From contig NC_091481.1 of the NCBI RefSeq assembly GCF_036971445.1, positions 10,106,001 through 10,170,000 on the forward strand: a DNA stretch of 64,000 nt. The letters run 5' to 3'. Source of the DNA: Narcine bancroftii. Taxonomy: Eukaryota. Each line of letters starts with the position of its first letter. The first letter of the stretch is position 1. Below, piece after piece: positions 49,855 through 61,883 of the stretch. Under the pieces are notes generated by a model. The model did no database searches, was not told where the DNA came from, and saw only the letters and a list, made by a program, of their open reading frames with translations. Made by a program: the position numbers and the translations under genes.

Positions 49855-50269
49855 ATAGAATATTACAGCACAGTGCAGGCCCTTCAGCCCATGATGTTGT
49901 GCTAACCTATATAGACCTACCCAAAAAAAACTTAATTATCCAACAGGACCAGCAATTTTCTTCTCGTGTCATTCTCTATGAACTTGGCCTTTTCCATTTC
50001 TGTAACTCTCCTTTTAATCCTATCACCGTTCAAGATTACTATTACTTAAAAGCTTCACTAATGTTCATCCTGTAATAACAGGTATGCTGTCAACTGGTTG
50101 AGCCTGAGAACTGGGATTTACTCCCTAACTTTTCACTATTTGTGCAGTAATTCTCTGTAAATTTTGTAAGGTGTTTTCATCAAGAACCCAACTGAGAGGA
50201 ATTTTTTGTGGTACAGGATGCAGTGAATAATGAATAGAATAGGGGAGAGGAAGAGGACTGGAACCAGAA

Positions 50270-50505
50270 CAGTTAGTGGTTCGCGCAATGCTATAACAGT
50301 GCCAGTGATTCGGATTTGAATCCAGAGATGTCTATAAGGAGTTTGTACCTTCTCTCCATGACTACATGGATTTTCTCTGGGAGCTCCGAGTTCCTTCCAC
50401 GTTCCAGAGACATACATGGTTAGAAGGTTAATTGGTCCCATGGGTGTATTTGGGCAGTGTGGGCTGTAAGACCTTGTTAATATGCTGTATCTCCAAATTA
50501 AATTT
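50270..50505 (+). mobile_element. V-SINE (HE1-like)
   Basis: TAAGGAGTTTGTACCTTCTCTCCATGACTACATGG V-domain. Confidence 0.7.
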
Positions 50506-51529
50506 GGATTTAAATTAAAAAAAGATATGTTAACTTTTGTTCTTCTTGAAACAAAGAAAGTTAAGGGGCAATTTGATAGTTTTAACAGTTTTAGGATGTT
50601 TCAATAGAATGAAGATGAAAATCCATGCCTAAAGGGAAATTAATACCCAGGGCAACAGTTTTATTTTAGTTGACAAAACAGCTGAGGGGCATCCCCTGAA
50701 AGGTTGGTGGATGGAGGTTCAATAGGAGAATGAAATAAAAATAAAGGAATTTCAGGGATGAGGGAGGGTAGGGGCAGCAGAACTCATCGAAAAGCTCTTT
50801 CATACCTTCAGAAAAAGGTGCAATTTGAAGAATTCGGCATGCACCCAATTCCCAGGCTTTTGTTCCTATTTCAACAAAATATGTTCATTACATGTGAAGG
50901 AACTTGAAAGTTAACAAAACTGAGATCGCTCGAGGTCATGAAAGGCAATATAGTCAAACACTTGGTATGTGGCACCTATGGAGATTGGTTGATGCCAGAT
51001 AAGTGAATTTTCCAGTTGCTTGAGATTGTGTGTTGCATGATTGGCGAACCAATGGCAAGGCGGACCAATTTTAAACTTTTGTTACCTGTTTATTTTCCAC
51101 GATATTTTTGCCTGTTGCTTGAGGCTGCCGGTTGCTTAAATTCCTGATAATAGGGGTTTTACAGTATAAAAATGCAAGTTTATCTTTTAGCTGGTTATGC
51201 TGTTGTATGTCAACAACTCATAGGAAGAAAGACAAGGTTTGGTTATTGTTATTCAATACTTCTATTTCATGTTCCTCTCAAACCCAAACAAACCTGCTCT
51301 CTCTCTCTATCTTCAGTGAGCTGAGTTGAGATCCTTGCAATGTTACTGCTGATCTCAGTTACACTCTCCCTTATGTCTGTCTTGGATATGTTGTTAAGTG
51401 ATTCAATAACCTAGGTAAAGAACCAAGAATTTTTTAGCAGAACATATTGAAATGAGATTGTTGATAAATGAATGTCCAATGGTTTGTCTTTGACCCAGCC
51501 ATTTTTATTACCTTATTTCTTGCTTCTAG

Positions 51530-51686
51530 AACACCAATTGCACTTTCTGACTATGTGACAATTGAAGAAGTGTTGGTGGCCATCAGAGATCTTTCATTTA
51601 AAGGAGGAAACGCCAAAATAGGAGTTGTCCTTGATTTTCTCAGTCATTCTGTATTCAGACAATCGGCAAGAGAGGACACGCCAAAG
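51530..51686 (+). CDS. col7a1-like: Collagen alpha-1(VII)-like, coding exon 3 (vWA)
   Basis: TTTCTTGCTTCTAG acceptor and AAG|GTTGGT donor; TPIALSDYVTIEEVLVAIRDLSFKGGNAKIGVVLDFLSHSVFRQSAREDTPK; 157 nt (human 160), phase 2/0. Confidence 0.92.
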
Positions 51687-52801
51687 GTTGGTAATACTTC
51701 TGAGCACTGCCTTCTGATAATGTTTATTCAGTTTGCAGTAATGGATGTTAGTGTTTAGGAGTGGTAAATGTGCCATCTTTGGTATCTAATGTTTAGTACC
51801 ATTCACTCTAACCACATATAGTTCAGCTGTGTACAATTTGCTTTACCAAACACTGGTCTTAAGCACAAACTCAGAAGTGAAGACCCTTCATCAGTGTAAC
51901 ATCTGGAATGCACTGCCTGAAAGGATGTTGGAAGTAAATTCAACAATAACATACTAAAAGGAGTACCATAAATACTTGAAGGGAAAGAATTTACAGGCCT
52001 CTGGGGAAAAATAGAAGCAGTAGGATTTTTATTTTACATTGAGCTGGTACAGGCCTGGTCTCTTCCTGTGCTGGTTAACTCTATCGTGTTCTTTTGATTT
52101 CAGTCATCACCCATTCTTGTAACTTTGCTGAATGTGGTGACCAAGATCATGCCAATATAGAGTTGGCCTGATAAAGAGGAGTAAAAGGTTGTTTGAGAAA
52201 TTGAGTAAAGATCTGAATGATATGTTTGAATATTTGGTGGAAATGGGTCAGTTGTATTTAAATAAAGTTGGGAATATCTATACATCTCCCTTCAGAGGTG
52301 CATGTGGCCATGAATATGGCTCATGGTGAGTTACTAAAAACATAGGATTAGGAGAAATCAATTAGCTCTCAAGTTAATTATACCACAATGAGATTATGCA
52401 ACCTAACTTCACATATCTGCATTTTTCCAATTTTTCTTAACACTTACATTATGAAAATATACATAGGACTCCACAGCACAGAAATTGACCTTTTGGCACA
52501 CTATATCTATGCTGACCTTTTTTCCATCTATTCTAATCCAATTTAATAGCATCCTTCTATGCCTTGCCTATTTGTGTCTGTCTAAATGCCTGCATTTCCA
52601 TTCTAAAATGAACAATTGATCTGACAATCAGTTGTTATTTGCAAAATAGATTTCAGAACCTCTACTAACCTGGTTTTACAAAGTTCCCAAAATTGTTTAT
52701 ATCTTAAAATTGTATATTTGTACCAACAATTCTACTCATTGTGTCCCTGTACCTCACCTCTGAGTCACTTAACTTTATTTCCTGTTCTCACGGTTTAATA
52801 G

Positions 52802-52895
52802 ATTGTGGTTTTGATCACTGATGGAAAGTCTGCAGATTCAGTTGATGGCCCAGCAGAAAGACTGCAAAACAATGGAGTGACTCTGTTTACAGTTG
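52802..52895 (+). CDS. col7a1-like: Collagen alpha-1(VII)-like, coding exon 4 (vWA); missed by the ORF track
   Basis: TAG acceptor and TTG|GTAAGT donor; IVVLITDGKSADSVDGPAERLQNNGVTLFTV(G); 94 nt as in human exon 4, phase 0/1. Confidence 0.93.
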
Positions 52896-53256
52896 GTAAG
52901 TGATTTACGAGTGGTTTCACTCTGGGTTAATGTGAAGTGACCCTGGTTGAATTGGTTATCATTCAGTGAATGTGTTTACTCTGGTCTAATGTTCAGTTCC
53001 CCTAGTAATAATGGATTAGTACTGAATGAAACAAAGTTAATGTCCAATACACCAGTTACATTGGGGCACTATTCAGCTACTCTGATTACATTGGGTAATT
53101 GTTCAGCTCCAAATGTTACAGTAGATTACAAATGAATGATTGTGTTCAGTGCAATACTCTGTAAGGACCCTCTTTTGCTTCTTTTTCCTCTCACAATGTA
53201 AGGAGTGCCAGGCAATACTAATGACGACTCCTTGTCTTCCTTACAGCAGATTTTTT

Positions 53257-54520
53257 CAGAATCAGAATTTATTATCATGAACATGTCACAAAATTTGTTG
53301 TTTTGCGGAAGCATCATAGTGAATTTATATAAACCACCTTACAAAGTAAACAAAAATAGTGCAAAGAAAAGACAAAATAAGGCAGTGTCCTTGTGCCACT
53401 GAGTGCTTGCCTTCAGGCTCCTGTACCTTTTTCCCAATGGTAGCAGAATGAAGAGGGCATGGCCTGGGTGGTGGGAATCCTTCAGGATAGAGGCTGCTTT
53501 CTTAAGACACTGCCTCTTGTAGATGTCCTCAATGGAGTTAAGGCTGTTGCCTGTGAGATTGCAAGCCAAGTTGACAACCTTCTGGAGCTTTTTCTTGTCT
53601 TGAGTATTGGCACCTCCATACCAGACAGTGATGTAACCAACCGGAATGCTATCCACGGTACACCTGTAGAAATTTCCGAGAGTCTTTGGTGACATACCAA
53701 ATCTCTTCAAATTCCTTACAAAGTATAGCTATTGGAAAGCTTTCTTCATGATTTCATCGACATAGAAGTTCCAGGACAGATCCTCAGAGATGTTGACACC
53801 CAAGAATTTAAAATTCTTGACCCTCTCCACTGCTGAGCCATTGATGAGGACTGGTTCATGTTCTCCTGATTTTTCTCCTGAAATCCACAATCAGCTCCTT
53901 GATTTTGCTAACGTTGAGTGCAAGGTTATTGTTGTGACACCACTCAAAGAGCTGATCTCCCTCCCTCCTGTACGCTTCCTCATTGCCGTTTGTGATTCTG
54001 CGGACAACTATAGTGTTATCAGCAAATTTGTACAAAGCATTGGAATTGTGCTTAACCACACATGGGTGTAGTGTGAGTAGAGCAGTGGGCTAAGCACACA
54101 TCTCTGAGGTGTGTTTGTATTGATTGTCAGTGAGAAGACATTGTTTCCAATTTGTACTGACTGTGGTAGTCAAGGATCCAGTTGCAGAGGGGTGTGCAGA
54201 AGCCCAGGGTTTGGAGCTTGTTGACCAGCACTGAGGGAATAATGGTATTGAAGGCTGACATTGAAGATCAGCCATATATACCAGTTGTTGTTGTCTAGCT
54301 GTTTCAGAGCTGAGTGGAGAGCCAGTAATATTGTGTCTGCTGTGGAGCGATTGTGGTGGTAGGTGAATTACAGTGGGTCCATCCCTTTACTTAGTTATTT
54401 GTTAATTCTGGCCATGACCAACCTCTCTAAGCATTTCATCACAGTAGATGTGAGGGCGACTGAACAACAGTAGTTGAGGTTATTCACTCTGCTCTTCTTG
54501 GGCACTGGGATGATTGATAC
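53257..54520 (-). mobile_element. Rex1/Babar-like LINE, longest copy (RT and C-terminal domain)
   Basis: YKFADNTIVV..EEAYRRE..LALNVSKIKELIVDFRR and LGNFYRCTVDSIPVGYITVWYG..HPGHALFILLPLGKRYRS. Confidence 0.9.
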
Positions 54521-54984
54521 AATGTAATATTACATGACAATAAAAGGAACCTTTAACCAGGTAATTGAGTGCAGGACCTATCTCTCACTGAGGTACACAT
54601 TGTTCAGGAATACATTGTTAATGTTCACTGGTTCTCCTCAAGATTTGGAATTCATGTAATAAAACAGAAAATGTGATATTACACAAAATTTTCTTTAGTC
54701 TACCATAAAGTCTGCTGTCTAACAGGCAATTTAAAGCCTGTACAGAGCTGACAGCAGTTGGGCTGGGTATTTAGATCCCACGAGGGAGCGCTGTGTCTGC
54801 TCCCCACTCTCCCCACTATCCACAGGTCCACACCAGCGGTACTTCAGTTTGGTATTCAGTGGTTAAAATAGTGTTGAATAATTTTGTGACAGCTCCTGAC
54901 CATCACATGGTGACATGTTAGTCACTAACTTTGCTTAAAAGAGATGTGTGTTCATGTGGTTATGTAACACTGGAATAGTTTTAA

Positions 54985-55340
54985 ATGACAAGAGACTCCA
55001 GATGCTATAATCTAGAGGGAAAAAAATCAAACTGCTGGATGAACTCAGCAGGTCAAACAGCATCCGTGGAGGGAAAGAAATTATTAACATTTTAGGTTCA
55101 CACTCTGTATCAGGACTGAGAGTGAAGGGGGAAGGGAGATGTCAAGAAGAGGAGAGTGGGAAGGGTGAGGCAGAGGCTAGTAGCTGATAGGTGGACTATG
55201 GAGGGGTTAGGAATGATGAGTAGGCAGAGGAGGGGAGGGATGGAGTTGAGAGGCAGATAGGTGATGAATGAAAACAGATGAGGATAAAGGGAGGGGGCAG
55301 ATGGAACACAGTGAGGGAGGGGACCATGAAGCTGAAGACA
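54985..55340 (-). mobile_element. Penelope pLTR fragment
   Basis: AAACTGCTGGATGAACTCAGCAGGTCAAACAGCATC followed by a purine-rich tract. Confidence 0.6.
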
Positions 55341-55344
55341 AGAG

Positions 55345-55555
55345 ATGGCATAATAGTTAGCATAATGCTGTTACAGCACGAGTGACCAGAGTTCGTATCG
55401 GTGCTGTTGTAAGGAGTTTGGATGTTCTCCCCGTGTCTGCGTAGGCTTCCTCCAGGTGCTCCGGTTTCCTCTCACCATCAGGTTGTAGATCAATTGGGTG
55501 ACACTTGGCTTGAGGGCTGAAAGGGCCTATTACCTTGCTGTTTGTCTAAATTTAA
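55345..55555 (+). mobile_element. V-SINE (HE1-like)
   Basis: V-domain GTTCTCCCCGTGTCTGCGTAGGCTTCCTCCAGGTGCTCCGGTTTCC. Confidence 0.8.
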
Positions 55556-57028
55556 GATGCTAGAGGGTTAATGAGCACATATATAAAGGCGAAGAGTACT
55601 GAATCTTTTACGCGACCTTCATTTTAGTGCATTATTCATCACTAATTGGTGTTATTTTATGTGTGTTAGTGAGGAAAACATGGCTTATCTTCTTGTTCAT
55701 AAATCCTTAACATGCGGTGAAGGGATAAGTCAGCACAGATATGTGTCGGGACTTGACCTCTTTGCTTCCTTCCTAAAGGCAGCAGTGGTCTGCAATAAAT
55801 TATTCCATGTTCCATAAATTCTCCACAAAGCAAAATTTCTCCAAGCCCCTCTCTCTCCTTTTTTACTGACAGTTATAAATTGATGACTCCTTGTTATTGA
55901 TTCCTCAGACAGAGAAAAATCATTATCTATTCACCCTAAAATGCTAAATAATTTTTAAAAAGCCTCAATTAGATAATCTCTTAGTCTCCTCTGCTCCATT
56001 GAATACAATGTATTCCTTGTTATCTCAAAGTCATTTCACTCAGAAGGAGATTGAAGAAACCGGTAATTTAAATCAACCAATTTAAATACAACAGCTCAGG
56101 CAATTTCTATTGCTTGGAAGAAGAAAAATTGAATTAGCATGTAATTTGAACAAAAGCAGAGTTAAACTGGTCAAAGGTGATATTACCAAAACACATTTTC
56201 AGACAAAAGGTGGTAGAAATTTGAGGCTGTTTTACCCAGCAAGCTGAAGGCTGGAGACTCAATTTTAAAAAATGTAAGTGAGATTGATAGATACTTTTAA
56301 GGCAATGCTATTAAATGTCAGAGCCAAGTTAAGTTGAGATCTATCAGTCAAGATCGAATTGAACAGACATAACAGACTAGAGTGGGTGGAAGGGCCTATG
56401 AATCTTTCCCTGAATTAAGAGAATTAGCACCAGTATCACGAGTCATATTCTTAGTCTTCCATTCATATCATAATTCTGGGAATTCTATGCTTTATTGTGT
56501 TTTCTGTAAAGATGAACATTAACTATCTGTATTGCTGTAATTGCAAACCAAAACCTTGCCTCATTAGAAAAAATCATTATTATTGCTTGTTCTTGTATCT
56601 AATATTTTTCTTGATAAATCTCAGAATTCAACAAGAATGTGCTATTTAAATATCAAGTTTTATCAAGCTGTTTTTTTTACTTTCAGGGAGCATTTAAAAT
56701 GTCAGGTGACTGCACTTGACGATAGTGCTAATTGTTGCATTCTGATGCAAATTACTGAATCATATCACATACCAAGCTGTGACAGGAATAGTTTCCTGAC
56801 TTATCTTGGAAGGGAAATTCAAAGGGATGGCAGTTCACTAGTGTTGAGAATTTTTGTTGCTGAAAGCAGCAGACAATGTTATTCATGGTTTGTGTTAATA
56901 TCTTCATTGTAATTTAATTATTCTTATTTTTCCTGAAGCTTCACATGTTGTTTGCTGCCTTGTCGTTACTATATTGTTAGGGTTGTTGATGCCATCTGGT
57001 GGATTTTTGAGCACATTGTTAATAAAGA

Positions 57029-57702
57029 ATCAGATTTAAGGTTTATTGTCAGAATGTCCTACATTGATACAACCCTGAGATTCTTTTTTTCCTGTGGGAG
57101 AGGCAGAATGATCATTTATTGGCAGTGCAAAAAAAACGGACTCAGTGCATGTAAACAAACTGACTAATACAGAGACAGAAAAAGATCAGTAAAGTGCAAA
57201 AGTAAGAGTCCTTAAATAAGTCCCTGATTGAGTTTGTTGTTGAGGAGTCTGATGGTAGAGGGATAGAGCTATACTAGAACCTGGTGTTGCGGGTCTTGTG
57301 GCACCTATTCCTCTTTCCTGACGGTAGGAGGGAGAACAGAGCATGTGCTGGGTGGTGTGGATCCTTGAGGATTGCTGCTGCTCTCCGACGGCAGCATTCC
57401 CTGTAGATGTTCTCAAAGGTGAGGAGGGTTCACCTGTGATGATCTGAGCTGTGTCCACTATCTTTTGCAGGGCTTTCCATTTGTATTGGTATACCCATAT
57501 TGGTATTTGTATTGATATCCCCATAACAGACCATGATGCAGCCCATCAGCACACTTTCCACCACACATCTGTAGAAATTTACCAATGTCATACCAAACCT
57601 CCACAAACTCCTCAGGAAGTAGAGATGCTGTTGTGCTTTCTTCATGATGCCATTTGTGTGTTGGGTCCTGGAAAGATCCTCCGAGAAACGGACTCCCAAG
57701 AA
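57029..57702 (-). mobile_element. Rex1/Babar-like LINE 3' fragment
   Basis: KKAQQHLYFLRSLWRFGMTLVNFYRCVVESVLMGCIMVCYG. Confidence 0.88.
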
Positions 57703-58089
57703 TCACACATAAACAAAATAACTCTGATAGAAATCTAGAGCCATGGGAAATAGGAGCAGGTGGAAGCCAACTCTACTGTCACAATCTTGTTTGATGATCT
57801 GCTTCAGATCTGCCCTATTATCACATTCTCCTAATATCCCTTGATCCCTTTGGGGAAAACAATTAGCACCAAAATTGTGGCAACGCTGTGAAACTATCAA
57901 GTACAGCCAGCTAACAGATAAAATACTTCTCAAAAGTACAAAAGCAGTTGGATAAATTTTGATACAGTATGTAAATAAAATTAATCTCATTTTGAGATTT
58001 ATATTGTGGGATTATGAATGCAAGAGCAAACCAATGATGGTCAATTTGTTGAGAAATTTGTCTAAGTCTTTGAAGCTATTTAGTACTTT

Positions 58090-58680
58090 CAGTACTTTCT
58101 GTGAATTTTAGCAGTTCATCATCCTCTGGATGAAAAAAAATTTCTTGAATTCAGTGTAAATGGCATTCCCTGTGCCATGGTTCTGGGCCATTGGTAACAT
58201 TCTTTCTGTAACTGGACTGAGTAGTCAATTGGAACTTTATAGGTTCCTGTGAAATCCTTTCATTCTTTTCTATCCAAATGAATGCAAACCAAATAAATTC
58301 AACCTCTCCTCATATGGATATTCTGCCATCTTGGAATCAGCCCAGTGAACCTCTATTGCATTCCCTCCATGGCACAAACTGAACAAATAGGGTCTCAGCA
58401 AGGTCCTCCACAGCAGAAATAAGACACATTTGTTGCCATACTTATTGGATGTTGGAGATTTGAAATAAAACCAAAACTGGCTAGAAATGTTCATTAGTTC
58501 AGGTATTATAAGTGAAGAAGTTGGTCATAGACCACAGAATAATAATGATCAACTGGTAAGGTGTTCAGGCAAAGGAGATGGAATTTAATCCTGATATGTG
58601 GTGTGATGTTCTTCCTGAGCTACAAAACAAGGATGTGCGATGAATACTAGGGCCCTAGGGAGTACAGAGAGATAAATGGA
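58090..58680. mobile_element. CR1 fragments (minus ~58090-58450, plus ~58490-58680)
   Basis: Minus translation LWRTLLRPYL..YPYEERLNLFGLHSF; plus-strand AGATGGAATTTAATCCTGATATGTG resembles the CR1 (W)QMEFN motif. Confidence 0.55.
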
Positions 58681-58692
58681 CTAAATATCCTT

Positions 58693-59295
58693 AAAGTAAA
58701 AGCATGATGCTGGAGAAACTCAGCAGGTCAAGCAGTGAACTTTGTATAGCAAAGATAAATATGCATAACCAATGTTTTGGACTTAAACCATTCATCAATG
58801 TAAGTACATAATGTAGGAGCACAGTCCCACGGACAGGAGGTATTAGGTTGATAAGGGAGGGAGAGCACACTCCCATGCTGACATCTGTCTATATGTACTG
58901 TCACATGTACTGACAAACCAAGACCACCTGTAAATTGGAGGGGAAACACCTTATTTCCGTCTGGACACTCTCCAACCAGATGGCATTAACATTGTCCTCT
59001 GGTTTGTGCTAACCCACTCCCCATTCTCCCTCTCTTCCATCTCTGTCTTCTTTTCTCAAGCTTTCCACCCCTTTCCCTCTCCATTCACAGAGCTATACCC
59101 CCTCCCCTTGTTTACTGGTGTGCTCTCCCTCCCTTACCCACCCATTACCTCCTGCCTATGGGCCTGTGCCCCTCCCATCACCATTTTGTTCAGGGGCCTG
59201 CCGACATTTTGCTCATACCTTGTTGAAGGGCTCAAGCCCAAAACATTGGTATGTATCTTTAACTTTGCTCTATAAAGTGCACTGTTTGTCCTGCT
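58693..59295. mobile_element. Penelope element 3' end with inverted pLTR copy
   Basis: Minus arm 58693-58870, then plus body encoding KLEGKHLISVWTL.. and pLTR TTGTTGAAGGGCTCAAGCCCAAAACATTGG (59220). Confidence 0.75.
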
Positions 59296-59510
59296 AGACC
59301 GGAGAACACTATTTTGTCGGGTTGTACTTGTACAATCAGATAACAATGAACTTGACTTGAGGAGGCATGAGGCAGAGCTCATCTCACTCAGCTGGGTCTA
59401 GGCAGACTGGAATGCTACTCTGATGAGACTAGATAATGGGCCAGAGCAGAGGAACTATGCTCTGAATCCCACATCATTGACCTGCAAAATTGGCACTGTA
59501 TGTTTTAAAT

Positions 59511-59781
59511 CAGTGGTTCTCAACCTTTTTCTTTCCATGCACATTCCACTTTAGGTATTCTCTATGGCCATAGGTGCTCTGTGATTAGTAAGGGTTTGCT
59601 TAAGGTGACAATTTTTCTCAAGCAAAATATTTCAGTAACAATTGGGTCTCGAGCACTGATTCTCAACTTTCCCTTCCCACTCACATATCTTAAGCAATCC
59701 CTTACCAATCACAGAGCACCATTAGCATAAGGATTACCTAACGTGGTATGTGAGTGGAAAGAAAAAGGTTGAGAACCACTC
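59511..59781. mobile_element. hAT/Charlie-like palindromic MITE
   Basis: TIR CAGTGGTTCTCAACCTTTTTCTTTCCA / TGGAAAGAAAAAGGTTGAGAACCACT; imperfect 8-bp TSD TTTTAAAT / CTTTAAGT. Confidence 0.85.
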
Positions 59782-59941
59782 CTTTAAGTGGAAAGTGGTC
59801 TTTCCATAGATTTGTTTCCATAGATCTTGCTTCAACTAGACAATGCTGCTAATCACGATATAAAGTAAAACCAGTATCAAGGGAGTGGAGTACTGCTTGC
59901 GTTAGAGTCCTTTGACAATGTGTATCTTCTCTTTTTTAAAG

Positions 59942-60112
59942 GAATAAAGCATTCAGATAAAAATGAACTGAAGAATATTGCTTCTAATCCAGCCAAAGAA
60001 CATTATCTATTTGTGGAAGATTATAGTGTACTCAGCACCATTTTGCCGAAGATCACCAGGAGACTTTGTTTCACAGCTTCAGAGCCTCCTCAACCTGTGA
60101 GGCCAACCCTAG
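59942..60112 (+). CDS. col7a1-like: Collagen alpha-1(VII)-like, coding exon 5 (vWA C-terminus and linker)
   Basis: AAG acceptor after CTTCTCTTTTTT and TAG|GTAAAT donor; (G)IKHSDKNELKNIASNPAKEHYLFVEDYSVLSTILPKITRRLCFTASEPPQPVRPTL; 171 nt (human 162), phase 1/1. Confidence 0.9.
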
Positions 60113-60199
60113 GTAAATAATCATGAATGATGTCGTGGAAAGACTTCTCAAATCAGGGTGAAATGCATCAGCATACTGCGTTCACTTGTAGGGCAATAC

Positions 60200-60590
60200 C
60201 CAAAAATGCTGGAAAATCTCAGCAGGTCATGCAGCATGCAATGGAACCAATATTTCAGGCCTTAGCCCTTTGTCACAGTACAGTATGAGCAGAAATTAGA
60301 CAGCCACCTGAATCAGAAGGGGCAGGAGAGGAGCAAAGGCCAACAGGCAGAGATGGATATAGGTGGGAGGGAAGAAGAGAAAAAAGTTAAGGTGATGGGG
60401 GAGGGATGACTCTCTGAATGGAGAAATTGAAGGGTTGGGGAGCTGGAAGGAAGGAGACAGAGGGACAGGGAAAAGGAGAGTCACAGGGGAAGAACCTAAT
60501 GGAAACTGGAGAAGGAGCTGTTCATAGCATCTCTGGTGAATGCCCAGACGGATCAGATTAGAGAGTTCCCAGACTTCTAGGCAATGAGTG
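60200..60590 (-). mobile_element. Penelope pLTR/3' fragment
   Basis: AAATGCTGGAAAATCTCAGCAGGTC, a purine tract and ATGCCCAGACGGA; reverse complement of 47270-47650. Confidence 0.65.
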
Positions 60591-61232
60591 CATCCAGGAT
60601 GTAAAGGTAATCTTTTCCCTTTCTTTCTTTGATGCTTCTAAATGAAATGTATTCAGACAATCTCACTTGATTGTGAGTGTGAGAACGAATTCTACTGTTG
60701 GTTGATTCACTGTTCCAGAGATGCTGGAAATCTGAAATGAAATTCCTGAAAAGACTCCGAAGCTTAGGCAGCATGCGTAAAAAGCCCTGACTGCAGAGCA
60801 TGAAGATGAAGAATGTAAAAATCTCTGCTCTACCTACAAAATTTACTCCACCTCATTCTACTTGTACCTTCTCCAAGCATATATTTTGCTATTCCCTGAT
60901 CTCTCTACCACAAGGCAATACTAGATTACTCAGCCAATTGTTACACGAGCAACAAGTTCATTGGGTCCAAGAAGCAATGAGTCTCAACACAGATCGGATG
61001 TAATAACAGCCTTTACTTGTCCACAGTGGAAATTCGCCACAAGGAATCACATTCACTCACATACTTACAGAGTACACAAACTATCGTATCGGATGCAAAC
61101 TAAGCAAGTAATATCTATAAACTGAGCGAGTCAAGCAAAACATGAACAATACCCACCACTCCTCAACGTAGAGCAGGTATAGCAAAAAGAAGGGAAAAAA
61201 GATGATGACAGTTAATCAGTGTGCACCACAAA

Positions 61233-61334
61233 GCCCCACACCCATTACATGCACAGATCTTGGTATCGATTCTCTAACGTCGGCCCCATACCCATTACAT
61301 GCACAGATCTAGGTATCGATTCTCTAACGTCGGC
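61233..61334. repeat. Tandem duplication, 2 x 50 bp
   Basis: GCCCCAYACCCATTACATGCACAGATCTWGGTATCGATTCTCTAACGTCG occurs twice. Confidence 0.9.
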
Positions 61335-61719
61335 TCTGGCTCATGACCTGGAAGGAAGCTTGGGTTCATTCCTTGGGTAAACATTCTCCAATCTGTTCTC
61401 GAATTTGTCAGGGTGAGTCAACAAGCACAGAGATCACGATGAAGAGGCCAATGTGCAAGTTCCCAAATGTCATCCTCTGAACAATATGATTTGCAGTGCC
61501 TTGGATGTTCCTAGTAATTATTCTATAATTTGCAGTCCCCTGCTAATTATAGACCTTAAAGACGTTAATCAGAACATGAGGTGCTGAAAGGAGATTTGAT
61601 ATAAATATCGCATCCAGAGGGAACTTGAATATAAATAAGAGAGAGACCGAGCAGCATTATGGTAATGAATGTTCTTGCTTCCATGCAAAAGATTAATCTT
61701 TACAGACCTTTCTTTCCAG

Positions 61720-61883
61720 TGGCAAAAGAAATCATTGGTCCCCAGGATTTGGTGATTAGTGAAGTAAACTATAATTCAGTGAGACTGGCCTGGACTCGAG
61801 CTACAGGTGCAGTGATGAGCTACAGAATTGCATTCAACCCAATGACATTTGATGGACAGCTTGTGACAGCGGAAGAGCGGCAG
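61720..61883 (+). CDS. col7a1-like: Collagen alpha-1(VII)-like, coding exon 6 (first half of FN3-1)
   Basis: CTTTCTTTCCAG acceptor and CAG|GTGAGC donor; (V)AKEIIGPQDLVISEVNYNSVRLAWTRATGAVMSYRIAFNPMTFDGQLVTAEERQ; 164 nt as in human exon 6, phase 1/0. Confidence 0.93.

Noticed and set aside
61701-61705. Alternative acceptor TACAG 14 nt upstream of exon 6
   Set aside because: Its use would shift the frame; the CAG at 61717-61719 gives the conserved 164-nt exon
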